NCBI GenBank assembly: GCA_963730185.1
Contig: CAVSQW010000003.1
Coordinates: 1 to 64,000, forward strand
Reading direction: 5' to 3'
DNA: 64,000 nucleotides
From: an uncultured Gemmatimonadales bacterium
GTDB taxonomy: Bacteria; Gemmatimonadota; Gemmatimonadetes; Gemmatimonadales; GWC2-71-9
The notes below the pieces were generated by a model. The model searched no databases. It was given only the letters and a program-made list of their open reading frames with translations, and was not told the origin of the DNA. Below, piece after piece: positions 20,026 to 31,394 of this stretch. Every line of letters begins with the position of its first letter. Within the stretch, counting starts at the first letter, position 1. Both the position numbers and the translations under genes were made by a program.

Positions 20026-20748
20026 ATGATCCGCTTCGTCGACGTCCACAAGGCTTTCGGCGACAAGGTCGTCCTGGACGGGTTCACGCTCGACGTGCCG
20101 GACCGGCTCACCACCGTGCTGCTCGGCTATTCGGGGACCGGGAAGAGCGTGGCGCTCAAGCACATCGTGGGGCTGCTCGAGCCGGACGAGGGGTACGTCG
20201 AGGTCGACGGCCTCCGGGTTGCCGACCTGTCCCGTAACGAGCTGACCGAGCTCCGGGGGCGGATCGGCTACGTCTTTCAGTTCGCCGCGCTGTTCGACTC
20301 GATGACCGTCGCCGAAAACGTCGGGCTGGCGCTGGTCCGGCGGGGCCTTTCACCCGACGAGGTCGCCGAGCGGGTGCGGGCAAGTCTGGCCCTGGTGGAG
20401 CTCTCGGACTCGGCCGATCGCTACCCGGCCGCGCTCTCCGGCGGGATGCGGAAGCGGGCCGGGATCGCTCGGGCGATGGCGCTCCGACCGGACTACATTC
20501 TATACGACGAGCCGACCACGGGACTCGATCCGGTCACCGCAGCGGTCATCGACGCCTTGATGCTCCGCGCCAAGCACGAGCTGGGCGTTACCGCGCTGAT
20601 GGTGACCCACGACTTGAGGAGCGCCTACGCCGTCGGCGACCGGATCGCGATGCTCTACGAGGGCAAGATCCGTCAGGTCGGGACCGTCGCCGAGATCAAG
20701 GAGACCACGGACCCGGTGGTCCGTCAGTTCATCGAGGGCCGCCCATGA
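20026..20748 (+). CDS. mlaF: MlaF-type ABC ATP-binding protein
   Basis: GYSGTGKS, LSGGMRKR and YDEPTTGLDP. Confidence 0.92.
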   Translation: MIRFVDVHKAFGDKVVLDGFTLDVPDRLTTVLLGYSGTGKSVALKHIVGLLEPDEGYVEVDGLRVADLSRNELTELRGRIGYVFQFAALFDSMTVAENVGLALVRRGLSPDEVAERVRASLALVELSDSADRYPAALSGGMRKRAGIARAMALRPDYILYDEPTTGLDPVTAAVIDALMLRAKHELGVTALMVTHDLRSAYAVGDRIAMLYEGKIRQVGTVAEIKETTDPVVRQFIEGRP

Positions 20749-21752
20749 AGCGACGCAATGAGTTCCTGGTGGGTCTGTCGGTGATCGCCGCGTTCGCGCT
20801 GGTGATCTTCGGCGCCATCTGGCTCAGTGAGGTCAGCTTCAGCGGCTCCGACGTGATCAAGTCCGCCCGGTTCCGAGAGATCGGCGGACTCAACGTCGGT
20901 GCCCCGGTCACCGTGCGCGGCGTCCGGGTCGGGCGGATCGACGCCATCCGGCTGGCCGAGGGCGGCTGGGTGGAGTGCGACCTCAGGATCAAGGTGGACG
21001 CGGACCTCCCCGCCCGCCCGGTGGCGATCGCCGCGTCGCAGAGCCTCTTCGGCGAGTGGCAGGTCACCGTCCTCGATCTCAAAGACACCCCGACCGACCC
21101 GACCCTGCGGGCCCAGCTGGCCGATGCCGCCCAGCCCGGCGGCGACGTCTGGCCGGGCGCCACGCTGCCCGATTTCGGCCAGCTGACGCAGCAGGCCAAC
21201 CGGATCGCCGGGGACATCAGCACCCTGACCGGCCGGGTGTCCGGCGCCCTCGACTCGGCCGCGATCGCCGACGTCCGCCGAAGCCTGGGCGACCTGCGGG
21301 AGGCGGCCGACCGCCTGGCCGAGTTCGCTCGCCGCCAGACCGGGCCGTTCAACGAGACCGTCAACAACCTCGCCACGACCTCGGCCGAGGTCGGTGCCGC
21401 GTCGAAGCGGGTCAACACCCTGCTCGGGCGGGTCGAGGCCGCCACCGACTCCGGGCAGGTCACCGCGATCATGAACTCGGCCCAAGCCACCACGGCCGAT
21501 CTCCAGGCCGCGTCGTCCGATGCCCGTGAGCTCCTCTCCACCATCCGCCAGCACCAGGCCACCCTGGTCCGGGTTCTCGAGACCACCGATTCGCTCCTGG
21601 TCCGGGTCTACTCCGGGAAGGGCACGCTCGGCCTGATGGCCCGCGACTCGAGCCTCTATCTCGAGACCACCCAGGTCGTCGCCCAGATGCGGCAGCTCCT
21701 CGCCGACATCCAGGCGAACCCTCGCCGGTACTTCCGCTTCTCGGTCTTCTGA
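20745..21752 (+). CDS. mlaD: MlaD/MCE family protein
   Basis: N-terminal TM, GLNVGAPVTVRGVRVG MCE motif, helical C-terminus ending NPRRYFRFSVF. Confidence 0.88.
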   Translation: MKRRNEFLVGLSVIAAFALVIFGAIWLSEVSFSGSDVIKSARFREIGGLNVGAPVTVRGVRVGRIDAIRLAEGGWVECDLRIKVDADLPARPVAIAASQSLFGEWQVTVLDLKDTPTDPTLRAQLADAAQPGGDVWPGATLPDFGQLTQQANRIAGDISTLTGRVSGALDSAAIADVRRSLGDLREAADRLAEFARRQTGPFNETVNNLATTSAEVGAASKRVNTLLGRVEAATDSGQVTAIMNSAQATTADLQAASSDARELLSTIRQHQATLVRVLETTDSLLVRVYSGKGTLGLMARDSSLYLETTQVVAQMRQLLADIQANPRRYFRFSVF

Positions 21753-21759
21753 GCTCGGC

Positions 21760-22236
21760 ATGGGCGGCGGCAAGTCCTCGGGAACCCGCGGCGGCAAGCC
21801 CCAGCGGGCCAAGAAGGAAGTGAGCGCTGGGGGGGTGGTGTTCCGCCGGACCCCAGACGGCGCGATCCACTTTCTCCTGATCCGCGACAGCTACGGCCAT
21901 TGGGGCTTCCCCAAGGGCCACGTCGAATCGGGCGAGTCGGCCGAGCAGGCCGCGGCCCGCGAAACGGAGGAGGAGACGGGGCTCGGCTCCCTCCGCCTCC
22001 ATGCCCCGATCGCGGTGATCGACTGGTACTTTCGCCTTCGGGGCCGGCTGATCCACAAGTTCTGCCATTTCTTCCTCTTCGAGTCGGCCAACGGCGAACC
22101 GGTGCCGCAGCTCGACGAGGGCATCACCGAGTGTCGTTGGTGCCCGTTCGGCGAGGCGGTCGCCGAGGTCGATTACGCCAACGCCCGTGAGGTGCTCCGT
22201 CGGGCCGGCGACATCACCCGCACGCTCCCCGCCTGA
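21760..22236 (+). CDS. NUDIX hydrolase (Ap4A hydrolase-like)
   Basis: SAGGVVFR and WGFPKGHVESGESAEQAAARETEEETGL. Confidence 0.9.
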   Translation: MGGGKSSGTRGGKPQRAKKEVSAGGVVFRRTPDGAIHFLLIRDSYGHWGFPKGHVESGESAEQAAARETEEETGLGSLRLHAPIAVIDWYFRLRGRLIHKFCHFFLFESANGEPVPQLDEGITECRWCPFGEAVAEVDYANAREVLRRAGDITRTLPA

Positions 22237-22238
22237 TC

Positions 22239-23012
22239 ATGGGCGCGGTCGCGACCCTGCTCGACAGCCGGGCGGCTGGGGCGACGCTCCGCCGCGGGCT
22301 GGCGGGGGCCCGGGTGTCGACCCTCACCTGCCGGGCCGGGCGACAGCTGGCCCGAACGGTCGAGAACCGGCTGGTCGACTGCGTCGTCCTCGGTCCCCGG
22401 GCGCTCCGGGGCAAGGAGATCGGCGAGCTCCGGAGCCGGTTCCCCCGGATCCCGCTGGTCGTCTTCGGCCCGATTCGGACTAGCGACTACGGGTCGCTCC
22501 GGGACTGGTATCGAGGGCTCGGGGCGGAGACGGTTCTGGTAGAGGGGGTCGACGATCCGATCGCGGGCGAGATGGTGCTGCGCTCGGGGCTCGCGGCCCG
22601 CCGGCGGCGCCTCCTCGCGGGCGCGCCTGGTCGCCTCCGGCTCACCGAGCCGCTCCAGCGGAGCACCTGGGACCTGCTGACGGCCACGGTGGCGCCGCCG
22701 CCCTCGACCGCCGTCCTGGCCCGGCGCCTCGGGGTGAGCCGCGAGCACCTCTCCCGGCAGTTTGGTGCGGGAGGTGCTCCCAACCTCAAACGTGTCATAG
22801 ACTTGCTACAGGTCGTGGTGGCCCGGGAGCTCCTGGCCAACCCCGGCTGCTCGACCCTCCAGGCCGGCCGGCTCCTGGGTTACTCCTCCCTCGCCCGATT
22901 CCGGGCGGTGGTGCGCCGGGTGGCGGATTCGCGTCCCGCCGACCTCCCGGGAATGGCAGTGCCGGACCTGGTTCGCCGATTCGTTCGGGGACGGATGCGA
23001 AGTCGTTCTTGA
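22239..23012 (+). CDS. AraC-type HTH regulator with degenerate receiver-like N-terminus
   Basis: LARRLGVSREHLSRQF and GRLLGYSS double HTH. Confidence 0.7.
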   Translation: MGAVATLLDSRAAGATLRRGLAGARVSTLTCRAGRQLARTVENRLVDCVVLGPRALRGKEIGELRSRFPRIPLVVFGPIRTSDYGSLRDWYRGLGAETVLVEGVDDPIAGEMVLRSGLAARRRRLLAGAPGRLRLTEPLQRSTWDLLTATVAPPPSTAVLARRLGVSREHLSRQFGAGGAPNLKRVIDLLQVVVARELLANPGCSTLQAGRLLGYSSLARFRAVVRRVADSRPADLPGMAVPDLVRRFVRGRMRSRS

Positions 23013-23042
23013 GGCCCGGGCTCCCTTGTTTGGGGAGGGCCT

Positions 23043-23060
23043 TTGTGATAAAATTCACAA
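23043..23060. promoter_or_regulatory. TTGTGA-N6-TCACAA palindrome (Rex/CRP-type operator)
   Basis: TTGTGATAAAATTCACAA, 57 bp upstream of atpA. Confidence 0.7.
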
Positions 23061-23117
23061 GCTTGGGACGCACCCTGCGTCCGGCTATCCGACCACCACA
23101 TTCACGTTTCCGAGCCC

Positions 23118-24695
23118 ATGGCGACTGATTCCGCACTGCGTCCCGGCGAGATCAAGGACATCCTGCTCAAGGAAATCGCGGCCGCCGACTTGTCGGCGGT
23201 GGACACGGCCGAAGTCGGCACCACGCTGGAGGTGCGCGACGGCGTGGCTCGGGTGTACGGGCTCCAGTCGGCGGTGGCGGGCGAGATGCTCGAGTTCACC
23301 GTGGCGGATACGGGTGAGACGATCACCGGCCTGGTGCTGAACCTCGAGCAGGACAACGTGGGCGCCGTGATTCTGGGCGACTACCTCAAGCTCAAGGAAG
23401 GCGACGAGGTCCGTTGCACCGGCCGGCTTCTCGAAGTCCCGGTGGGCGAGGCGATGCTGGGCCGGGTGGTGGACGCGCTGGGCCGGCCGGTGGACGGTCT
23501 CGGGGCGATCAAGACCTCCGCGGCGCGGCCGGTGGAGATGATCGCCCCGGGCATCATCGTGCGGCAGCCGGTGAAGGAGCCGCTCCAGACGGGGCTCAAG
23601 GCGATCGACTCGATGATCCCGATCGGGCGGGGGCAGCGGGAGCTGATCATCGGCGACCGCGGCACCGGGAAGACGGCGATCGCGGTCGACACGATCATCA
23701 ATCAGAAGGGCCAGGGCGTCGTCTGCGTGTACGTCGCGATCGGGCAGAAGCGCTCGACCGTGGCGATGGTGGTGGAGCGGCTGAAGGCGCAGGGCGCGAT
23801 GGACTACACCATCGTGGTGGTGGCCTCGGCGTCGGATCCGGCGCCGCTCCAGTACATCGCGCCGTACTCGGGGTGCGCGCTGGCCGAGCACTTCATGTAC
23901 GAGAAAGGGCAGGCGACGCTCTGCGTCTACGACGACCTGTCCAAGCAGGCGGCGGCGTACCGTCAGCTCTCGCTGATTCTCCGGCGTCCGCCGGGTCGGG
24001 AAGCCTACCCCGGTGACGTGTTCTATCTCCACAGCCGGCTCCTCGAGCGGGCGGCGAAGCTCTCGGAGGACGCGAACGTGGTGAAGCTCGACCCCCGGAT
24101 CAAGAAGCCGGGCGGGTCGCTGACCGCACTCCCGATCATCGAGACCCAGGCCGGTGACGTCTCGGCCTACATCCCGACCAACGTGATCTCGATCACGGAC
24201 GGCCAGATCTACCTGACGACCGATCTCTTCTTCTCCAATGTCCGCCCGGCGGTCGACGCGGGGATCTCGGTGAGCCGGGTGGGTGGCAACGCCCAGATCA
24301 AGGCGATGAAGCAGGTGGCCGCGCCGCTCCGGCTGGCGTTGGCCCAGTTCCGGGAGCTGGAGGCGTTCGCGCAGTTCGGCTCGGACCTCGACGCGGCGAC
24401 CCAGCGGCAGCTGGCGCGGGGCGGCCGGCTGGTCGAGGTGTTCAAGCAGCCGCAGTACCAGCCGATGCCGGTGGAGCGCCAGGTCGCGATCATCTACGCG
24501 GTGACCAACGGTCATCTGGACGACGTGGAGGTCGGTCAGATTCGTCAGTGGGAGCGTGATTTCCTGGCGTACCTGGAGGCCCAGCACCCGGAGATCTTCG
24601 AGACGATCCGGGTCAAGAAGGTTCTGAGCGACGATCTCAAGGGCCAGCTGGACCGGGCGATCAAGGCCTTCAAGCCGCTCTTCCGGCCCGAGTAA
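23118..24695 (+). CDS. atpA: F1 ATP synthase alpha subunit
   Basis: GDRGTGKT and [22 protein letters not shown]. Confidence 0.98.
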   Translation: MATDSALRPGEIKDILLKEIAAADLSAVDTAEVGTTLEVRDGVARVYGLQSAVAGEMLEFTVADTGETITGLVLNLEQDNVGAVILGDYLKLKEGDEVRCTGRLLEVPVGEAMLGRVVDALGRPVDGLGAIKTSAARPVEMIAPGIIVRQPVKEPLQTGLKAIDSMIPIGRGQRELIIGDRGTGKTAIAVDTIINQKGQGVVCVYVAIGQKRSTVAMVVERLKAQGAMDYTIVVVASASDPAPLQYIAPYSGCALAEHFMYEKGQATLCVYDDLSKQAAAYRQLSLILRRPPGREAYPGDVFYLHSRLLERAAKLSEDANVVKLDPRIKKPGGSLTALPIIETQAGDVSAYIPTNVISITDGQIYLTTDLFFSNVRPAVDAGISVSRVGGNAQIKAMKQVAAPLRLALAQFRELEAFAQFGSDLDAATQRQLARGGRLVEVFKQPQYQPMPVERQVAIIYAVTNGHLDDVEVGQIRQWERDFLAYLEAQHPEIFETIRVKKVLSDDLKGQLDRAIKAFKPLFRPE

Positions 24696-24696
24696 C

Positions 24697-25575
24697 ATGG
24701 CCAAGGGTCGCGAGCTCAAGGGCCGGATGCGGGCGGTCGAGAACACCCGCAAGATCACCCGCACGATGGAGCTGGTGGCCACGTCCAAGCTCAAGCGGGC
24801 GCAGGATCGCGTGGTGGCCGCCCGGCCCTACGCGGAGGCGTTGCGCGACGTGCTGGCCGACTTGATCAACCCGGACCTGGCCGCGCAGTTCCCCATGCTC
24901 CGGCACCCGGCGCCGCCCTCCAAGGGCGGGCCGGCCCGGGCGGCGGTGGTGCTGATGACCGCCAACGGCGGGCTCTGCGGCGCGTTCAACAGCAATCTGA
25001 TCAAGGAAGCCCGCCGCACGCTCGAGGCGCTCGAGGGAGCGGGCTATGCGGTCGACCTCCACTGCGTCGGGAAGCGGGGCGCGGGGTTCTTCCGCTATCT
25101 GGGCCGTCCGCTGGCGGCGGTCCGGACCGATCTCTTCGACCGGGTCACGGCCGACGACGCGGCCGGGCTGGTGGCCGACCTGATCGCCCAGTACGAGGCG
25201 GGCAAGCTGGCGAGCGTGGATTTGATCCACGCCCGTTTCAAGAGCGCCATCTCGGCCCTGCCCACGGTCACCCGGATCCTTCCGGTCGACGCGCCCTCGG
25301 GCACGACCGGCCGGCCGGACTACATCCTGGCGCCCAATGCCGAAGCCATCCTCGAGCAGCTGCTGCCGCTCTACGTCCGGAACACGGTGTACCGCGGGCT
25401 GGTCGAGACCGTGGCCGGGTTCTACGGGGCGCAGCGGACGGCCATGAAGAACGCGACCGACAACGCCGGCGAGCTGATGGACGCGCTCCGCCGGACCTAC
25501 AACCGCACCCGCCAGGCCCAGATCACCCAGGAGATCGCGGAGATCGTGGGTGGCGCGGCGGCGTTGCAGGGATAG
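24697..25575 (+). CDS. atpG: F1 ATP synthase gamma subunit
   Basis: KITRTMELVA, GLCGAFN and RQAQITQEIAEIVGGA. Confidence 0.97.
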   Translation: MAKGRELKGRMRAVENTRKITRTMELVATSKLKRAQDRVVAARPYAEALRDVLADLINPDLAAQFPMLRHPAPPSKGGPARAAVVLMTANGGLCGAFNSNLIKEARRTLEALEGAGYAVDLHCVGKRGAGFFRYLGRPLAAVRTDLFDRVTADDAAGLVADLIAQYEAGKLASVDLIHARFKSAISALPTVTRILPVDAPSGTTGRPDYILAPNAEAILEQLLPLYVRNTVYRGLVETVAGFYGAQRTAMKNATDNAGELMDALRRTYNRTRQAQITQEIAEIVGGAAALQG

Positions 25576-27320
<1,745 letters not shown>

Positions 27321-27353
27321 CGGTCGGCGTACTCCAACCCCGAGGAGTTGCCT

Positions 27354-27965
27354 GTGCAGCGTCGAGCTCTTGCCCTTGTCGTTTTCGCCGTCCTTCTCGT
27401 CCTTCTCGCCGTTCCCGTCTCCGCCCAGACCACCACGACCCCCGTTTTCCTCGCCCCGTACCGGGCGTTCGACCGGACCGAGTTCGGGGTGTCGCTGTCG
27501 GATCCTGGCGCCGGCTACGCCCTCGAGGGGTTCTACCGGTTCGCGAGCGGCAGCCGCTACGATTTCGGGTTCAGGGGCGGGTTCCAGAACTACCGCTCGG
27601 GCGACACCCGCTTCCTTGCCGGGGTGGACTTCCGGACCCGAGTGATCGACCATTCGGAGCAGTTTCCGCTGGACGGGGCCTTCACCGCCGGGATCGGCGG
27701 GTCCTTCGGCAATGGCCGGAGCGTCGGGACGATCCCGATCGGCGTCTCCTTCGGCCGGCGGATCCAGCTGGAGGATTCGAACGTCGAGTTCGTCCCGTAT
27801 TTCCACCCGGTGCTGGGCCCCGAGTTCGGTGACGTGCAGGGCCGGTTGGTGTTCAGTCTCGGTCTCGGCACCGACATCCGGTTCAGCCGTCGCTTCGAGC
27901 TCCGGGTGAGTGGGGCGCTCGGCGACTATTCCGGCATCGGCATCAGCGCCGCCTTCGAGCGCTGA
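27354..27965 (+). CDS. Putative outer-membrane beta-barrel protein
   Basis: GAGGAG RBS, signal peptide, alternating Gly/aromatic strands, C-terminal GISAAFER. Confidence 0.65.
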   Translation: MQRRALALVVFAVLLVLLAVPVSAQTTTTPVFLAPYRAFDRTEFGVSLSDPGAGYALEGFYRFASGSRYDFGFRGGFQNYRSGDTRFLAGVDFRTRVIDHSEQFPLDGAFTAGIGGSFGNGRSVGTIPIGVSFGRRIQLEDSNVEFVPYFHPVLGPEFGDVQGRLVFSLGLGTDIRFSRRFELRVSGALGDYSGIGISAAFER

Positions 27966-28000
27966 GCCGGCTGCCCCTATCACTTCGAGGAGCGCGACCC

Positions 28001-28720
28001 ATGCGACGGCTCCGAGCGCTCTTTGCGGCAGGCCTGATGGCGGGCGTCTCGACGCCCGCCATGGGCCAGGCCATCGGGATGCCGGTGACCGTGCCCGGGG
28101 TCCCGAGCGGGGTCACGTTCCACGGGGGTGCCGGGCTCTCGAACGCCGATGCCGGGAAGGGCCAGGCGGCCCAGGTGGGCGTTTCCCTGGGCGGTCGCCG
28201 ACTCGCCGTCACGGGCTACGTAGGCCGCCGGTTCGGGCAGGAGAGCGGACCGGACTTCACCAGCGCCGGCGTCTCCCTCACCAACAAGATCTTCGGCGGC
28301 CCGCTGGTCCCCTTCGCCGTGAACCTGCAGGTCGGGGCCGCGTACGGCGCACCTTCGGCTTCGGGCGTCATCTACGAGGTCGGCTGGGCGGGTGGCGACG
28401 TGCCGGCGGCCGACTTCTCGGTCGCGGCGGGTGGCTATGGCTCCGGGACCAAGGTGTGGCACGTCCCGGTGGCGGTGGGGGTCTCCTGGGTCTTTCCGCA
28501 GCCGGTGGTCGCGCTCAAGCCGTGGATCGCGCCCCGCCTCGATGTCGTCCGCGTGTCGGCGGGCGGGACCGGGACGACCGACGCCAACTTTGGCCTGTCG
28601 GGCGGCCTCTCCTTCGGGTTCCTGAACGGTCTCGGCATCGACCTGACCTACGACCGCGTGTTCGCCGCCGGCGCCTCCCCGGCGATCCTGGGCCTCGGGC
28701 TGAGCTTCACGCTCAAGTGA
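28001..28720 (+). CDS. Putative outer-membrane beta-barrel protein
   Basis: Signal peptide, FGGPLVP / KPWIAPR / FLNGLG, C-terminal GLGLSFTLK. Confidence 0.7.
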   Translation: MRRLRALFAAGLMAGVSTPAMGQAIGMPVTVPGVPSGVTFHGGAGLSNADAGKGQAAQVGVSLGGRRLAVTGYVGRRFGQESGPDFTSAGVSLTNKIFGGPLVPFAVNLQVGAAYGAPSASGVIYEVGWAGGDVPAADFSVAAGGYGSGTKVWHVPVAVGVSWVFPQPVVALKPWIAPRLDVVRVSAGGTGTTDANFGLSGGLSFGFLNGLGIDLTYDRVFAAGASPAILGLGLSFTLK

Positions 28721-29388
28721 CGAACCGACTGCTCCGGGCGTCGCTCGCCCTCGTCCTGGGCGGGGTGGGAGCGGCCGGGGCGCTCCAGGCGCAGGCCACG
28801 GTGCTCCCGCTCCGAAACGCCGGCATCTCCACGGGCATCTCTCTCTCAGGGGAGTTGGGGTTCGCGCGTGTCAAGCATCCGACGCCCGCGCCGGACGACA
28901 AGGGATGGGCCGTCGGCGCCACGCTGGCCGCGGGGCTCGGTCCCTTCGGGGCGACGGCCACGCTGGCTCGCTCGAGCATCGATCGTGGGGCCGGCGCCAC
29001 CCATCAGACGACCGCGACCGGCACGGCCGCCCTCCGGGTGTTCGGAGGCCCGCTGGTGCCGCTCTCGATTCAGTGGCAGGCGGCCGGGTCGGTTCGGCTG
29101 GACGGGAGCGGGTCCAAGCCCTGGCGCGGGTCGGTCGGACTCGGGGCGGCGTTGACCATCCCGATCCCGGTCCTTTCGATCAAGCCGTGGATCGCTCCCC
29201 GGGCCGAGTATTACGGGGGACAGTCGATCGCGGGGTCGTCCCTCAAGGCGGCGGTGAGCGCCGGCGTGGATCTGGGTTTCCTCAATGGGTTGGGCCTCCG
29301 GGTGGCGTATGATTCCCGGGTCGGGTGGGACCTGCCCGACGATGGGCCGGCGGGGGTGAGCGTCGGCGTGAGCTACGGTTTTCGATGA
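28717..29388 (+). CDS. Putative outer-membrane beta-barrel protein, paralog of the previous gene
   Basis: GTG overlaps the previous stop. It has the same FGGPLVP / KPWIAPR / FLNGLG motifs and ends VGVSYGFR. Confidence 0.7.
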   Translation: MTNRLLRASLALVLGGVGAAGALQAQATVLPLRNAGISTGISLSGELGFARVKHPTPAPDDKGWAVGATLAAGLGPFGATATLARSSIDRGAGATHQTTATGTAALRVFGGPLVPLSIQWQAAGSVRLDGSGSKPWRGSVGLGAALTIPIPVLSIKPWIAPRAEYYGGQSIAGSSLKAAVSAGVDLGFLNGLGLRVAYDSRVGWDLPDDGPAGVSVGVSYGFR

Positions 29389-29414
29389 CGGATGACGCAC
29401 GGGGAGAGCATATC

Positions 29415-29774
29415 GTGAGACGGACCGGAACCGCGGTGCTGTTGGCCTCCGTCCTGCTGGGCGGCTGCGCACAAACCTTCGATGCGACCGCTCTCGGCGT
29501 CCCGGCGACGATGGCGTCGGAGGCGGGCGAGACGCCGGCGGGGCAGCCGTTCCACGTCACCACCCACACGGTCCACGCGCTGTTCGGCCTGATCCCCCTC
29601 AAGAAGGCGTCGCTCAAGAAGGCGCTGGCCGCCGAGCTGGTGGGCGGTACGGCGGTGGCCCAGGTCAGGATCAAGACCAAGAGCCGGTTGCTCGATCTCC
29701 TGGTGACCGGGCTCACCCTGGGGCTCGTGGCTCCCAAGACGGTCATCTACGAAGGGATCATCGTCGGCCGTTAG
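29415..29774 (+). CDS. Small lipoprotein (Bor/Iss-like)
   Basis: Lipobox LLGGC, HALFGLIP and LTLGLVAPKTV pattern. Confidence 0.65.
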   Translation: MRRTGTAVLLASVLLGGCAQTFDATALGVPATMASEAGETPAGQPFHVTTHTVHALFGLIPLKKASLKKALAAELVGGTAVAQVRIKTKSRLLDLLVTGLTLGLVAPKTVIYEGIIVGR

Positions 29775-31063
29775 GCACCCATCAGGAGCCTCACCAGACC
29801 GGCATTCCGCGCCGCCGCTCCACGCCCTGCCTCCACCACGCTCCGCGCCGCCCGGCCAGCCTCGAGCCGCTCGGCGTCGTCGTTGAGCCATTCGCTCCAC
29901 CGGACGGTCAGGTCGTCGACGGGGCCGAGCGCCGGCAGCGCGACGGCGCCGCCCGCCATCAACAGGAGCCCCGCCTCCCTGCTCGACTGCCAGCGCGGCC
30001 CCATGATGGTGGGCACCCCCGAGGCCGCGGGCTCGAGCACGGAGTGAAGGCCGGCCCGGCCGAACCCGCCTCCGACGTAGGCCAGCGTGGCCGCGCGGTA
30101 GAGGGTGGCCAGGACGCCCACCCGGTCCACGACCATGACCGGGGCCGGCTGGTCCGGGCTCTCGCTGAGGCGGATCGGGCGGGGAACCCCGAGGCTGGCG
30201 GCCCGCCGATCGAGCCCGGCGAGGTGGGACGGCGTGGGCTCGTGGGGCACGACGATCAGGCGCGCCCCGGGGTGATCTCGCCGGACCTCCTGAAAGGCCC
30301 CCAGCAGGACCGCTTCGTCCCGCGGCCAGGTGGACCCCGCCACCAGAGTTGCCCCACCCGCGCCGAGCCGGAGCAACGGTTCGTCGGCCGGCCCGGCCCG
30401 GGCCCGGTCCAGGGCACTGTCGAAGCGGGGGTCGCCGGTGACCGTGATCCGGGCCGGGTCGGCGCCCAGCCGGGCCAGCCGCTCGGCGTCCTCGGCGGCG
30501 ATGGCGCCGACCCGGTCGAGCGCAGCGTAGCCGGACCGGGTCAGGTCCCGGGCGGGCCAGCGGAGCCGGCCGCTCACCGGGCTCACCGTGCCGGCCACGA
30601 GCCCCACCTTCACCCCCGCGGCCCGGGCGGCGGTGGCGAAGCCGGGCCAGAGGTCGAGCTTGGTGAACACCAGCGCTCGGGGGGCCAGGGCTGCGAGCAG
30701 CGCCCGCGCGGCGCCGGGCGTGTCGTAGGGCAGGTAGTCGGCCGCGTCGGCCGGGATCCGTCGAGCCAGCGCTTCGGCCGACGGGCTGAAGAAGGTGTAG
30801 GCGATCTGCCAGTCGGGGTGCGCGGTCCGGAGAAGCCGGAGCACGGCGTCGGCCTGGAGCCCCTCGCCCACCGAGGGGGCATGGCACCAGAGCAGGGGGC
30901 GGCTCCGATCCCGATGAGCCGTGGCCCAGGCACCCCACCGGGCCGTCGCGCCGCGCCGAGCGAGGTCACCCCGGCGGAGCTTGGGAGCGAACGGCCGTCC
31001 GAGCGGGAGCAGGGCGGAGGCGAGGCCGGTCAGGGCGCGATAGAGGAGCGGCGTTTCGGGCAC
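29771..31063 (-). CDS. waaA: Kdo transferase
   Basis: WCHAPSVGE, YLPYDT, GDPRFD, VAGSTW, AYVGGGF and HSVLEPAA. Confidence 0.92.
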   Translation of the reverse strand: MPETPLLYRALTGLASALLPLGRPFAPKLRRGDLARRGATARWGAWATAHRDRSRPLLWCHAPSVGEGLQADAVLRLLRTAHPDWQIAYTFFSPSAEALARRIPADAADYLPYDTPGAARALLAALAPRALVFTKLDLWPGFATAARAAGVKVGLVAGTVSPVSGRLRWPARDLTRSGYAALDRVGAIAAEDAERLARLGADPARITVTGDPRFDSALDRARAGPADEPLLRLGAGGATLVAGSTWPRDEAVLLGAFQEVRRDHPGARLIVVPHEPTPSHLAGLDRRAASLGVPRPIRLSESPDQPAPVMVVDRVGVLATLYRAATLAYVGGGFGRAGLHSVLEPAASGVPTIMGPRWQSSREAGLLLMAGGAVALPALGPVDDLTVRWSEWLNDDAERLEAGRAARSVVEAGRGAAARNAGLVRLLMGA

Positions 31064-31154
31064 GCCCGAATGTCGAAGGGAGCGGGGTCTCGGGCAAGCG
31101 GGGTGGGCTGGAGCGGGGTTGTTTTTTCGCCGCCGTCTTCCCTACTTTGGAACG

Positions 31155-31366
31155 CCCCTCAGGTGGTTCAGTCGAACCCTGCAAAAAGGAGGTGATCCAT
31201 TGTCTAGTGTAAGTAGTCGTTCGAGCCTGGACTGGGCAAGCGATCGCCAGGTGATCGCGTAAGTTTCCCCCGAGCGTGACGTAGCGCCGGGTCGCATTCC
31301 AGGCGTTTCGCTCCAGGCTCGAAGGACACCGGTCGCGCCGTCCGCCCTCGAGGTGGGCGGCGCGAC
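31155..31366 (+). ncRNA. Structured RNA / leader containing a 20-codon ORF (31200-31262) with extended Shine-Dalgarno
   Basis: AAAGGAGGTGATCCA, then TTG...TAA. A 12-bp inverted repeat (31220-31231 / 31312-31323), inner hairpins, and a 15-bp terminal hairpin (31332-31366). Confidence 0.55.
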
Positions 31367-31394
31367 GCACATCACCCTCCGGATGCGGGTCACG

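Noticed and set aside
31185..31199. 16S rRNA gene fragment
   Set aside because: The match is only 15 nt, with no helix 45 or other rRNA sequence adjacent. Treated as an extended Shine-Dalgarno instead.
31155..31366. tmRNA or 6S RNA
   Set aside because: No tRNA-Ala-like ends or ALAA-type tag, and no long rod with a central bubble is evident.
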